A stretch of DNA of 64,000 bases from Eledone cirrhosa (taxonomy: Eukaryota), in NCBI GenBank assembly GCA_964016885.1, contig OZ024743.1, forward strand, positions 66,836,001-66,900,000, in the 5' to 3' direction. Numbering within the stretch: position 1 is the first letter of the stretch; the number at the start of each line of letters is the position of its first letter. Below, piece after piece: positions 30,056 to 44,806 of the stretch. The notes under the pieces are model-generated. The model saw only the letters and a list, made by a program, of their open reading frames with translations, had not been told where the DNA came from and ran no database searches. The translations under genes and the position numbers were made by a program.

Positions 30056-31763
30056 CGTAATGTTGATTGTTGTTGTTGTGTTGGTTGTGTGTTTGACTGT
30101 TGCTGATGTTCTTGTGTTTTTCATTTTTTTTTCTTTAATTTCTCAGTTTTGTATCTTTCCTCCCCCTCTTCTTCCACCTCGCTGCTAGATGTGAAGGAGT
30201 TTCTGTGACTAAAAAAAAAATTGTATACGGATGGGGCTGGGTTATGATTGTTTATGGTGTGTGTCTATATGTGTTTGTGTTTGACACATACGGACGATAG
30301 AAATAAAGAGAGAGAGAGAGGGGTGAAGAGAGAAAGTTGTGTTCCCATGGTGAGGGGAGGAAATATTATAGGTTTTAGCTTCTGTTAATTTTCTTGTTGC
30401 TGTTGTTGTTACTGCTGTTTGAGTTGTTGCTCATGTTTCTGCTGTTATTATAAATGCTGCTGTCATTCTTTATATTGTTATCACTGATCCTCATGTCGCT
30501 GCTGCTACTGGTGTTTAGCTGCTGCTAGACTTCTTGGTGCTGGTACTGGTTTTTGTGGTGTTGGAAATAGAACGGGTCCCAACTGTCTTTGTTGAGGTAG
30601 AAATGTCTCAAGTGGTTGGTATCATCACATAAGTCACATCATGTTTTTCTACCTTCAACTGTGACATGCATCTCTGCTCCATTCGATAGGCGAATAAGTC
30701 AAAGATCTTTTCTAAGTTTTCTTGTCTGATCTGCAATACTTCTAAAGTGATCTTACACTAGTGTTCCAGCCGAATTCTTTTACGAGCAGCAGTGTATCAC
30801 TCTCCTCTAGAACAACGCAAGCCAAAATCCCCCGAATGTCCAACACCGGTGGATTTCCGAAATCCTGACCCTTACTGTTCTCCCTAAACAGGACGAAAAT
30901 AAAAAAACATAATCATTGCTGAGACATGGGGCCATAGTCTGTATTATGACCGAGCCTCGCTTCTGAAAAGGACTTCCGCTCCTGCAAATTGCTATTTTCT
31001 TGCTACGTATTCTACGTTAGGCGATATTTCCTCTAAAGCTCTCTAGGTTTGGGTCTATGGTGCTACTTCTGGTTGTTTTGCCGCCACACAAATATACAGC
31101 ATCGTTTTGCTGGCTGTTGCAGCTACCACATCTAATGAGATTACTATTAGGCCCTTTTCCTCTCCACCATGATCAATTTGGTCGGCTCTTAATTTTGGTA
31201 GTTCATCACCCTAGGATTTCTAATTTAGACACAAGGAATGTCAATTATGCGGAAGGATGAAAGACAAAGTTCATTGAAACGTAATTTGAAACTAGAATAT
31301 GAGCTGTACCTAATCCATTCCATCCTATACCAGTACTACATGTGACTTTTCTATTGCTTTTTCTTTTTTTCTTTCTCTCTTTCTTTCTTTCTTTCCTTTG
31401 ACTTTATATTTTTCACAAATCTGCCATCATTCTGATTTTATTTAGAAATGAAAATGATTTTGTAGTTTTTTTCTTATTTAATTTGTGTTTCTGTTTTTAA
31501 AAAAACTACACTGGACCCTCTCAGCTGAATTTTTTGGGGGTTTATTTGGAACTTTTTAATTTCTCTCCTCGCCCCCCCCCCCCCCTCCTCATTCAATTCA
31601 TATTTATCCACCATGTACCTCATATTACGAATTGACCTCCTTATCTCTCTCTCTCTCCCTCTCTCTCTCTATCGAGAGGGGCAGATAAAGGTGGAAATAA
31701 CGGAAAGAAAAAGGAGGAAGGGAAGAAAGAAGGTTCGATGAAAAGGGACAGAGAGGGAACTTT

Positions 31764-31825
<62 letters not shown>

Positions 31826-31928
31826 TTAATCACCTGAAAATATCATATTCATTGAGACGTCCACACATTCCTGCGTTTGAAATTGTTCTCCTTGTTTTCT
31901 ACACGAAGGGAGATGACAACAACAACAA

Positions 31929-31987
<59 letters not shown>

Positions 31988-32104
31988 TTACTATTACGAC
32001 TACTGCTTCTACGACTACTATTACTACTTATACTGCTGCTACTATTACTACTACTGCTACTACTACTACTGCTGTTGCTGCTACTACTGTTGCTGCTGCT
32101 AATA

Positions 32105-34510
32105 AGGATTTCATTTATTGGCCACAATGGCCGACATATAGGGGACAATACAAAAGACTGGGACAGTGGGGTTTTACAGAAAAATAGAGTAAACAATATG
32201 AATAACAATAACAAAGTAACAATAAAAATACAAGAAAAATTCCCCAATAGGGGGGATGACCAGCCAGGGTTCGCTCAGGTACCCCACCAATCCTGAACGA
32301 CCCGACGCTTCGAAAGCACCCTGGAAGGGCACACCCTCTCCTCAAATTTACCCACTTACAGGCGCATGACCAGAGTTGGCCCACTCACACGGGCTATTCT
32401 CGCCACATTCACCCACCTTTCAGCAAATGTACTGGGGGGGGGGGGGGGGGGGGGGCACTTCTCTCTCCACCCTCACCTTCCTTTCCAAGTGAAACTTGAA
32501 AACGTTGATGAGGGATTGGCCGAAGAGAAAAGTGTCTGTCTTCAGTCCTTTCAACCTCGTCCACCATACAACCTTTTCGCTACTGCCACCAGACAGAGGG
32601 AAATTGTCTGCCCTTCCTGGCTAAAGGAAGGCGGCGGGTCGATCTTCACTATGGACTCGGCCGATAGCCGGATCCGTTCTATTTGCGACAACAGCCAAGC
32701 GAGGGATTTGGGGAAATTATCCATCGTCCCCGGCTCGAAAGTCCTCCGGAGCAGACTGGTTAGTTCGACTTCGTCGACTCCCAGAGCCTCTCCGAGTGCG
32801 TCGTCGCACTTGCCCGCCATTAATCCTCTATAGAACTCGAGAGTGGAAATTCCACTGACCGCATTGCCCGCCTGGTAGAGGGCAGTGAGTGCCTGGCAAC
32901 ATTCTAGATGCCAGTCACCCAGTCTCGGTCTCTTCTTAACCCAGGACTGCAGCTCAGTCAAAGAAACGAGCTGCGGAAAGGCCCGTCTGACAAACGGCGA
33001 CCACACCTGTTCACCGTTTAGGCAGAATATCTGGAGATGCCGCAGCCTCAGCGCGTTTCTGCTTATCATTAGCCACGGCATGCCCAGCCCTCCGCGTAGA
33101 GGGTGCTGGCAGCAGATGGACCGCCTCACCATCGGAACCTGACCCCTCCACAAGAATTTGAAGAGGAGCCGCTCCAAGATGGCGAGGCGCGAACCGGGGC
33201 AAGGGACGACGGTCAGACGGTAGTAGATGACGGACGCGATGTACGCGTTCGCCACCTCCGCCCGACCTTTCAGTGATAGCTTTCTCGCAGTCCATTTCTA
33301 GGTGAGACTGGCTACCCTACCCGTCACCTCGCCCCAATTCTTATCCACCTAGAGGTCAACCCCGGACCAGTCCTCTCTGGCAGTTCTTGTCACTTCTATC
33401 GGGACGGTATCCGTCCCTTCCACAATCACACATCCCAGAAGCCACCACATGTCAAGTCCTGGTGGGATTCTGGGAAAGCGGAGACGGGCCGTTCTTTTTC
33501 CCATGTGGGAGGGGTACATTATGACCTTGCTGGTTTTGCAAGGAGTCATAGCATGTTTCATAGCGAGGGCTTCTGACTTAAACAGCACTGAAATGGTGCA
33601 GTACTGTCTTCCCATCGCTATGTATTCGGTATCATCTCTAATGCACCTCAGTGCGACTTCAACATCTGCTTGTGGAATTAAAGCTGCCCTTTTGGTTTGT
33701 GCTGAGATGCATCTATAATGCATAGTTCTGCGATCCACTGCCTCAATAGCTTCTACCGGGACAGTTAAGTTGGCCCAGGTTTGCTCTTGCTTGATGAGCT
33801 TTCAGGCCTCAGCCAACTTTTCATCTTTGTTTGAGAGGTCCATGTTGAAGCATGGCATCTTTTTGGCTGCTGCCGCAGCGAAAGTGTTCTTCTTGTTGTC
33901 GTTGGGGGTGTTGTTGTTGTTGTCGTTGTTCTTGTTGGTGTTGTTGTTGTTATCACTATCGCTGTTATCGTTGTTGTCTTTGGTGCCGCCGTTGTTCTCG
34001 GTGCAGTTGGTATTGTTGCTGTTGGTGTTGTCCTATTTGTTTTCATGTTAGTGGTGTTGATATTGTTGTTGCATTTGATGTCATTTTTTCTGTTATCTGT
34101 ATTTTCTTTGTAGCTGTTACTGTCATTTTTTTCAAAATTAGAGTTCTCAGTGTTATTATCATTGCTGTCTTTGTTCACATTGTTTGTGGTGGTGTTTGTT
34201 GTATCAATTTCTGTTAATTTCGCCGTAGCGCTCCTCTCAACTTTTACGTCGTGGCCGCACGACAGCAGACATATCATTGGGGGCGTGGCTCAGCCATGTT
34301 TTTTTATTTTTTTTTTTAATATATTTTTTTTTAAATATAAAAGAGTTCAAATATTTGGGCCAAAAGGCCCAAATATTATTCTTTCCCCTTCACAGGGCAA
34401 AGTCCAAGAGCTTGTATGCCTTACACAACAACTCAAAATTCAATAAATAAGTTTTGACAGGTAAATAAATAAACTTACGAGAGCGAGCAAAAAGACGTCC
34501 GTTCAGACTC
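32105..34510 (-). mobile_element. L1-Tx1 clade LINE with large internal deletion (putative ORF1 5' part fused to ORF2 C-terminus)
   Basis: 32551-33350 (GRAEVANAYIASVIYYRLTVVPCP...GGLGMP) is homologous to 40000-40830. 3' UTR has AATAAA. No EN or RT domain. Confidence 0.75.
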
Positions 34511-35193
34511 AATAATAATAATCCCTTAAAACAACAGAACACACAATAATAATAAAAACAACAGTAATAGAAGCAACACTCACCAAAAATAAGAACATTC
34601 CAGCAGCAGCAGCACCACCACCAACAACAACAACAACAACAAAAGCAGCAATAATAATACTAATAATGATAATAACAATAATAATAACTTCAATAATAAT
34701 AAATAACCAAAAAAAGACGAAAAAATAAACGGAGAAAAATTATGACGAAAGTAACCTCACCCTCTCGCAACAAAATGGAAGAAACTTCAAGAAAACCTGA
34801 AGCAGACGAAGTTAAGAAAGTAAGAACAGATGAGCGCAAATGAGAAAATACGAAAAGGAAATGAAGAAAATGTGGTAAAACGACCATAATAAAGATAAAA
34901 TAAAGAAAATAATAAAGAAATATTTAGACAAAAATGAGAGAAACGTAGAATATATAAAAACTGTAAGAAGAAGATAACGAGGAGACGTAAGAAAAAGGAA
35001 GAATCATAACAATTGTAAGTGGAACGAAGTCAACGTGTTGTTGGAGTAGATAGAATGTCGAATAGATTGAGTTACTATATTAGTTCCGACTATCTGCGTG
35101 CGTGGAGTTCACATCCAGCTGGTGTTAGACTTGTCTGTCATCTTTAGTAGGTCGATAAATGGAGTATAAGCTCAGTACTGGAGCCGACGCTTC

Positions 35194-35286
<93 letters not shown>

Positions 35287-35289
<3 letters not shown>

Positions 35290-35460
35290 ATAATAAAATT
35301 TGAAGACTAAAATCCAAAGAGGGCTCGATAAGGATAAATATATATCAAATATATAAGAACGGTAGAGCAAATATTTATTAAAATAACAGATTAAAGTTTA
35401 AGCAAAGAATCGCTGCTTTCACCCTTAACGGGATCTTCTGAAGATCCCGTTAAGGGTGAA

Positions 35461-35461
<1 letters not shown>
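35287..35461. mobile_element. Family D element ending in a perfect 22-bp palindrome that contains CTGAAGA-tccc-gttaa-gggt-GAAA
   Basis: 35417-35438 and 35440-35461 form an exact inverted repeat; (TA)n on both sides. Confidence 0.65.
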
Positions 35462-35515
<54 letters not shown>

Positions 35516-35938
35516 GTCATCTGAGGTTTTCGAATATTAATATTAATATTCGATTCGTTTGTAATTATGCAAACAGCCTCTTTTTTAAGCCATGTCAGTA
35601 GAATAACCCCGTCATTTTTGCTCTTGTGTTGGCATGTAAACAGAACTGCAGACCCTTATATTTCTGGGTGATAACCCTACATCATTATTGTATACTGCTT
35701 ACCTGCCAACTGCCAGAGCTAGTGAAAATATATGATATTTTCTAAAATATAATGATATTCTCTAAAATTTTCTAATATATATATAATATCCTCTCTACTT
35801 TTGGTATGGGGTGACAGACGTCATTATGCTGCAGCCGTCATATTATTTATCGTTTAATCAAGGGTGTAGGATTTGATCATTTACCATTTATTCCCTTCCA
35901 TCCTTGTCTTAAGTTGAGGGGCTCGTTCGAAAAATAAT

Positions 35939-36123
35939 TGTTTCTACGTTTGGCACAAGGCCAGAAATTACCCAGAGAATTACTGGTACTTTATTTTATC
36001 GACCCCGTAAGGATGAAAGGCAAAGTTAACCTCGGCGGGATTTGAACTCAGAATGGCAAGGGCCGTAACTCTATACGTCAAAACATAGCATCCGACCCTC
36101 TACCGATACTGCCAATCCACCGC
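35939..36123 (-). mobile_element. Full-length SINE family 1 with target-site duplication
   Basis: gctcgttcgaaaaataat at 35921-35938 and 36122-36139. Confidence 0.9.
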
Positions 36124-37204
36124 TCGTTCGAAAAATAATGCCGAAAAAATTGGTGATGGGCCTGCGACCTGTCCTGGGACGCATGGGATAGACGCACAAA
36201 TATTGTGTATCTCGATACAGCATTGAGAGGTCGAAAGGGGGAACATTTTGAGAATTGGAACCTATTTATTTCCCATTTTTCTTTTCTTTTTAATAATAAT
36301 ATTTCGTTATGATATAAATGAATATATTTCTTAGGCGATTTATAAAAACAAATCTAACAATATTGCAAGAAAATAAAGAAATATGGTGAAAGGAATAAAG
36401 GGAAAGAGACTGAAATTAAAAAAATATAAAAAAAAACTGAAGAAAGATCTAGAAAAAGTTATGAATGAAGGAAACACGCTGAAGATGAAAACGATAAAGA
36501 AACACAAGGACGAAAATGAAGAAGAAATAAGGATATCAAAATAAATCAAAATAAATATATTAAAAATTGATAAAATATTTCTATAATTTTACTGAGAAGG
36601 AACAGACTAGTCTGATTGATAGGATTTGAGTTGGGCGAAAACATTGGCAAATGGCCGTAGGTGGGAAAGAAATTAGAGAAGGTTGACATTTTGGGAAGGA
36701 AATGATTGGGAATTAGGACACTGTATGAGAGATGAATGTAGAGAAGGGGTTCATGACGAGTAAACATTGATAAAAATGAAGACCGAAATGTATGTATGGC
36801 CCGGTAACTCTCGAAGGAGTCGTAGAGGCGCCATATTGATATACAGCGTTTCTAGGATATTTTAAAACCTGGTGGAGCCTATCTCCTCTCCAGGTCTGAA
36901 TACATCAGATTTCCTCCAGAGAGAATGGAAGGGAGAAAGATACATAGAGGAAGGATAAACCACAGTAATAGACTGGTATTGTTTATTTTATTGACCTCAA
37001 ATGGACGAAAGTCAAAGTTGACCTCGGTGGAATTTGAACTCAGAGAGTAGAGAGACGAAACAAACAGCGCAAATAACTGCATCCGACGTTCTGGAGGCCG
37101 AAAGCAGATTATCAAAAAAATGAGAACACCAAGAAATGAAAACGAAAGAAGGAACGAAAAACATTTTACACCTTGAAGTAACGTTTTTCAATTTACACCT
37201 TGAA

Positions 37205-37860
37205 AGTCACATTCAAGTAACATCTTCCAAATCACATCGTTCAACTCACAACTTCAAGTGACATCGTTCACATCTTTTAATTCACATCATACAACCACGT
37301 CCCTCAATTCGCATCTTAAATTTCATTCTTTCAATTCACATCTTCCAGTAACATCTTTCAATTCACATCTTACAGTAACATCTTTTAATTCACATCTTTC
37401 AATTCCCAACTTGCAGTAACATTTTTTTAATTTACATCTTGCAGTCACATCTTTTAATTTACATCTTGCAGTCACATCTTTTAATTCACATCTTGCAGTC
37501 ACATCTTTCAATTCACATCTTGTACTCACATCTTTCAATTTACATCTTTCAGTCACATCTTTTAATTCCCATCTTGCAGTAACATCTTTCAATTTACATC
37601 TTGCAGTAACATCTTCTAATTTACAACTTGCAGTCACATCTTTCAATTTACATCTTGCAGTCACATCTTTCAATTTACATCTTTTTGTCACATCTTTCAA
37701 TTCACATCTTGCAGTAACATCTTTTAATTCACATCTTATCTTGCCATTACATCTGTCAATTTACATCTTTCGGTCATATCTTTTAATTCCCATCTTGCAG
37801 TAACACCTTTTAATTGACATCTTTCAATTCCCAACTTGCAGTAACTTCGTTCAATTCACA
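37205..37860. repeat. 27-bp minisatellite (gcagtcacatcttttaatttacatctt)
   Basis: 27-bp period, e.g. 37441 and 37468. Confidence 0.9.
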
Positions 37861-37968
37861 TATTGAATCAATTGAAATAACGAAGGAAAACGTGAAGGAA
37901 ACTGTAAAAACCTGAAGAAAGAAAATTATTAGCACTATAATAAGCAAAAAAAAAAAAATACAAAAAAA

Positions 37969-38045
37969 CATCCAAGAAACACAGATGATTAAATAAAGAA
38001 GAAAAAATTCATAGACGTAAATGAAGAAAAAATAACACACACACT

Positions 38046-38116
<71 letters not shown>

Positions 38117-38182
38117 TATTTTTTCTTCATTTACGTCTATGAATATTTTCTTCTTTATTTAATCATCTGTGTTTCTTGGATG
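37969..38182. repeat. Inverted duplication centred on a (CA)n(TA)n(TG)n microsatellite
   Basis: About 65 bp of unique sequence mirrored on both sides. Confidence 0.9.
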
Positions 38183-38239
<57 letters not shown>

Positions 38240-39021
38240 AGTGTGTGTGTGTGTATGTGAGTGTGTGTGTGTGAGTGTGTGTGAGTGTGTGTGTGTGAGT
38301 GTGTGTGTGTGTGTGTGAGTGTGTGAGTGTGAGTGTGTGTGTATGTGTGTGTGAGTACATATAACAAGGAAATGAAAAATAATAATAAATAAAAAACATG
38401 TAAAATGGAAAGTTAAAAAAATGGCAATGAATCTAAAGAAATAAGTTGTCGAAATGATGAAAATGTGTAGAAAAACTGAAAGAACCATTTCTAAAGAATG
38501 GAGAAGAAATGTGTGAAAAAAGATGACAACGAAGAAGCTATGTGGCAGAGTGTAGTGGTAGTGAGTGTGGTGGAGAGGCTGATAGAAAAGGTGAAAGAGG
38601 GACTGGTGGAGACGGTGGTAGAGAGAGAGTGACGAAGAAGAAAAGTGACAACAAAAAACAGCAAGATGTTTTCAATTAATAATAAAGTGAAGAATAATGT
38701 CATACGACATTTTGAAATTTCACATGACGTCAGTCGACATTACACAAATATTTATGTGTGTCTGTCTGTGTGTCTGTGTGTCTGTGTGTCTGTCTGTGTG
38801 TCTGTGTGTCTGTGTGTATGTCGGTCTGTCTGTCTGCATGTATGTACATCTGCATGTGTATACGTGTCAATATATATAGAGAGACAAACGGTAGCAAGAA
38901 AAACATAGATACACACATTTACATACATACACACACATATATATATAGATGTATATGTACACACACACACAGATACATACACACATACACACACTTCTAT
39001 ATATATATATCTATATATATG

Positions 39022-39335
39022 TAAAAGGTAAACAGAAATAACAACACAATCGGTACAGTATATGGAAGGTATATATTAGATTAAGGCTTGATATAGCAGG
39101 AAGAGGGTCTTAACGTTTCGGACGCTAGTCCTTCATCAGAAGAAAGAATGAGAAATAAAATAGATCAAGGGGGCGGGCGGGATGGAATTGGAAAAAATGT
39201 CTTTAGATAAAAATAATAGGTCCATTCATGTTGACATCTCTTGCAAAACTGTTGGTGCTGGCGTTTTGTGTATGATTTGTTTTTTAGAAAAGTGGATAAT
39301 GGCGCGAGTTTACCTGAAATGGAAAAAAAAACCTT
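39022..39335 (-). mobile_element. Family B pLTR-like element with hammerhead motif at 39108-39143
   Basis: Minus strand CTGATGA a ggac tagc gtcc GAAAC GTTA aga; about 300 bp homologous to 53470-53770. Confidence 0.7.
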
Positions 39336-39380
39336 TTTGTAAAAAGAGCTATACTTGAGCACGTGCGTAAGTATGAGTGT

Positions 39381-39460
<80 letters not shown>

Positions 39461-39689
39461 ATGTGTGTGTGTTATTATATGTCCGTACGAAGCTAAGAAG
39501 AGATATGTGTGTATATGTGAGTAAAAGAGTGTGTGTGCATATAAGTACGAAGCTATGAGCAAAGAGAAATCGATAGGAATCTAGGGGTGTGATAATGGAC
39601 GGGGTATTAGAGAAATTGGGGAGGTGAGTTGAGTCCAAGAGGGGAAAAGGACCCAAGACGGTGAATCAGACTTTGTTCACAAAAGAAGG

Positions 39690-42214
39690 GGAGAAATACA
39701 AATGGGGAGTTTACATACAGGTATATGAAAATAAAACTATTAATAAAATAACAAAGAACAATTGAAATCCCCAATAGGGGGGAGGCGTTACACAGGGGTT
39801 GTACACACCCCGAAAAAATATACAACCCTCATCTCCAGGATCACCAAGAGTAAGTACTCCCTTCCTCTCTTTCTCTTTTTCCTCAACCTACAGGCTTATA
39901 TAGAGAGAAGGCCCAACCAGTCGGGCCATCTTTGCTACATTCACCCACCTTTTATAAAATTTGCTGGGGTACAGCACCTCTCTCTCCATCCTGATTCTTC
40001 TTCCAAAATGATATTTGAAGAAACGAATCAGTTGCTCGCCGGAGAGAAAGGTGTCTGACCTCAGCCCTTTTAACCTCGTCCACCATATAACCTCTTTCAC
40101 CATAGCCATAACACATAGGAAAACCGCCCCTCGATCGTTTTTGAAGGAGGGTGGCGGTTTGATCATGACCATGGACTCGGTGGTCAACTGAATTAGTCCC
40201 ACCCGCGAAAATAGTCGTTCTACATAGCCCCACAGGTCGGTAACGCCCGGGCAGTGTACAAATGCGTGCGCGACGGTTTCCTCGTCGCGCACGCATCACG
40301 GACAGATGTTTTTCGAAGGGGCCCTGCCTGGGCGTCCGTGTCTGTAGAGCTTGTCTCGAACTGGTAGAGCTCCTCGGTAGCACTACAAGGCCAGGGACTT
40401 TTGGAAGTTGTCCATTGGTCCCGGGCGGAAGGTCCTACCGAACAGACTGGCCAGTTCGTCCTCCTCTACCCCTAGAATTTCTCTGACGTGTCGTCGCACT
40501 TGCTGCGGACCAACCCTCTATAGAATGTTGAAGTGGAGTCTCCACTGATACTCGGGTCCGTTTGCCAGAGGACTGTGAGTGCCTGAGCACATTCGATGTA
40601 CCAGTCGCCCATTTCTTCCAAAGGAATTTGAAGAGCGCGTGTCCATTTTGGTGAACATTTTGGCTGGACAAGGCACGACGGTCAAGCGGTAGTAGATGAC
40701 GGATGCTATAAAAGTGTTCGCCACCTCCGCTCGACCTTTCAAGGATAGTTTGCAATCGGCCCACTTCTGGGTGAGCGCAAACACCTTGGCCGTCACATCG
40801 TTCCAGTTCTTCTCCACCTGGAGGTCCGGACCAAACCAGACCCCGAGCAGCTTTACCGGTCCTTCCGTCCAGCGTCCGACGACGCCATCGGAAGGCATCA
40901 GTTTGCCTCCTCGTTCCGAGTTGCAAATCGACGGATTTGTCCCGTTTCAGCTTTGCTCCTGTGAACCTTTCGTATTTCTCCAGTAAGGTGCCGATCTCCC
41001 CCATTTGCGAGGTGCTCAACACCAATACTGTCACGTCGTCGGCGTAGGCCGACGCCGTTTTCGCACTCGCGGTTCCAAAGGGATGCCCTGCAATAGCTCC
41101 AACTTCCGCAGTAGTGGCTCGAGAGTCAGTACGTACAGAAGGGAGGAGAGAGGGCATCCCTGTCGGATGGATCGCGTGATATGGAACGGCTCCGAGAGGT
41201 AGCCGTTCACCTTGACCCTTTAGCAGATGTTGCTGCTGTGCATTGCAGCAATCCAGTCCCTGAACACGGGTCCGAAGCCTGCCGCCTCCAGCACCGCATC
41301 CAGGTAACGATGGTCAACCCTATCGAAAGCCTTAGACTGATCCAAGTTGATCAAGGCCCCACCGAAGCCAGGTTTACACCCTACCCTCTCTATGATGTAT
41401 CGCATGAGGTGGAGGTTGTCGTGTATGGACCTGGTCGGGATTGCGCATGTCTGCGCCTCTCCCACCAGGTTTTCGACGACAAGCGCCAACCTCTTTGCCA
41501 ACATCTTGGCCAAAATCTGTAACTCTGTGTTTAGCAGAGTTATGGGTCGGAAGTTGCCTATGACACCCCCCTTATTCTCGTCCTTCATGACTAACGTGAC
41601 TACGCCCTTGGTCACAGAACTGGGAATTCTCCCGTTCTGCTGCCAGTTGCAGTAAACCACTTCCAGGAGACCGGAAAACAAGTCCGGCATTGCTACGTAA
41701 AATTCGTAGGGTAGACCGTCGAGACCTGGAGATTAGCGTTTGCCGCATTGGCTCAGCGCGTCCCCTATCTCAGCGGCCGAAATCGGCCTTTCGCAAAATT
41801 TCGCCTCGCTGTCCGAGAGTCGCGGTAGGCCATCGAGCTATGGACCGAAATCCATAGCCCCTCCCGGCGCGTCGCTCTGCCCGAACAGTTGAGCAAAGTG
41901 CCGCTGAAAGGCCGCACCCATCTGCTTCGGCTCACGTATCACGCGTCCGTCTTGGTCCTTCAAAGACCGAATCGTGGACTTGCTGCCACTTTTCGCTTCC
42001 GTCACTCGGGCCCAGCTAACAGCTTTGGCTCCCTCGTTTCCCAGAGCACCTATTTTGCTTCTGACAACGCAGCCTTCATGCTTTGCGTCGAAGAACTGGT
42101 CCAAGGCCGTTCTCGTCGCTAGCACGCTGGCTACGTTGCCACTCCTAAGTGCCTCTTCTACTTTATCTACCAGTTCCTTTTCGGTTTTAGTTCTATCTAA
42201 CACTAATTCTTTAC
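39690..42214 (-). mobile_element. 5'-truncated L1-Tx1 LINE ORF2 (RT and C-terminal zinc knuckle), frameshifted
   Basis: FRPITLLN, LDQSKAFDRVDH, QGCPLSP, AYADDV and EETVAHAFVHC motifs. Confidence 0.9.
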
Positions 42215-43140
42215 GATAGATAGACAGACAGACAGATAGATACATAGATACATAGATTGAAAGATAGATAGATAAATACATCGAGAGAGATTTACAATCA
42301 AGCAGCTAGCTAGTTAGACAAACAGATAGACATAACAATAAATATTTAATGACAACACACCATATATTAGAGTTTCCGTTTAGACATTATCTTTGCATAA
42401 ATTACCGAGTGGACATTACTGCCTGAGACGACTCCAGATACCGGAATTTTGTTACTAAATATCTACTGTAAAGTCACAGAATTCTTGGCTGTTTTAAGAC
42501 GCTGCCAATCTAAACATTGCCTATAAAGATGTCATGGAATTAGGTCTAGAAAATTCTTGGCAATATTGGATGTCAAATGTTGATTGTAAGGCGGAGCCAA
42601 CCCCCCTTCATTACAATTATCACTTTTTATGGTATTGACGTTTGATTAGCTAGACCTGTTACAGGGTGGGGATACAATATTTTATATTTAAATCTACTGT
42701 TTTCCGGCACATTGTTCGAGTGGTTTGGAAAAGCTTTAAATATATTTATAAAGGTGCATGGCATTAAGCTTGCAATCGGGAGGTTGCCAGTTCGATTCTC
42801 GGACTGGGTGATGAGTTGCGTCCACGACATTAAGATCATAAGCCGAACACCCTTACCACGCACGCACAGACAGACAGACAAACAGACAGACACGCACACA
42901 CCACACACATACATACATATATATATATTTGGTCGACTTTCGTCAAATCGGACCGAGGAATAAATGTTTCCATTAATCTTTCCAATTGCTAATACTATCT
43001 ATTGGTCGCAACTCCAGGTAGGAGTAGCAGCATGAAATAAAATGTCTTGCGCAAGGACATAACGCATCGCCCGGTCCGGGAATGGAACTCACAACCTCAC
43101 TATTGCGTATCCATTTCTTTAACCACTCATTACGCGCCTT

Positions 43141-43804
<664 letters not shown>

Positions 43805-44302
43805 GTATATATGTCTTTTGGCTTTCCGCTGGTTCCGGGGAAGAGTGTACAATTTGATAGGATCAACGTAACAACCTGCTTATGAAATTAACTTGAAAAG
43901 GTCTAAGTAATCCACACCGAAGTATACACTTCACTTATTTCTCAGGGAGATTCAGCGTGGAATGCTCCTTAAATATATAAATATAATACAAAAAGAAAAA
44001 CAAAACATATTAATATAAAATTTAAATGGAACCCGCTAAATGCTGCACCACCTTCACGTGTACTAACGAAGGAAAAGAGTACTCAATACACAGCTAAGAG
44101 TTTATACTTATAAATCGTTACTTTGAATTTAACACATAAATTATACCTGTGATCGATCATTCAATAATTTCTGATTTATTGTCTTGTCGAACACATAAAT
44201 AGATATATTGTCAGCCATACTGACTGATTGATAGATAAATGTAATGTACAATTGATTAATTCAGAAATAGACAGAAAAATATAGAGCGATAGGGAGATAT
44301 AA

Positions 44303-44339
<37 letters not shown>

Positions 44340-44544
44340 GACAGTGAGAAAAAGAGTGATTGTGAGAGAGAAAGAGAGACAGTGAGAGAGAGATTGTGAA
44401 ATATAGAGATAGATATCAAAAGGAATAAAGAATATATATATGAGTGTGTGCGCGGATGTAAGTGTATATGTGTGTGTGTTGCGCGAGCGTATGTCATTCT
44501 CGCTTAAACTCACCCTATTTCTCTCTCTCTCTCTCGACACACAA

Positions 44545-44623
<79 letters not shown>

Positions 44624-44737
44624 ACAAACACTCCATCTCAATTCTACTTTTGAAAAGCATAAGAACTGTGAAACCGGCAAAGGAAATAAATAAATATTCT
44701 TAAAAAGAGTCCAGTTGCATTTTCGATTTCTTTTCCT

Positions 44738-44806
<69 letters not shown>

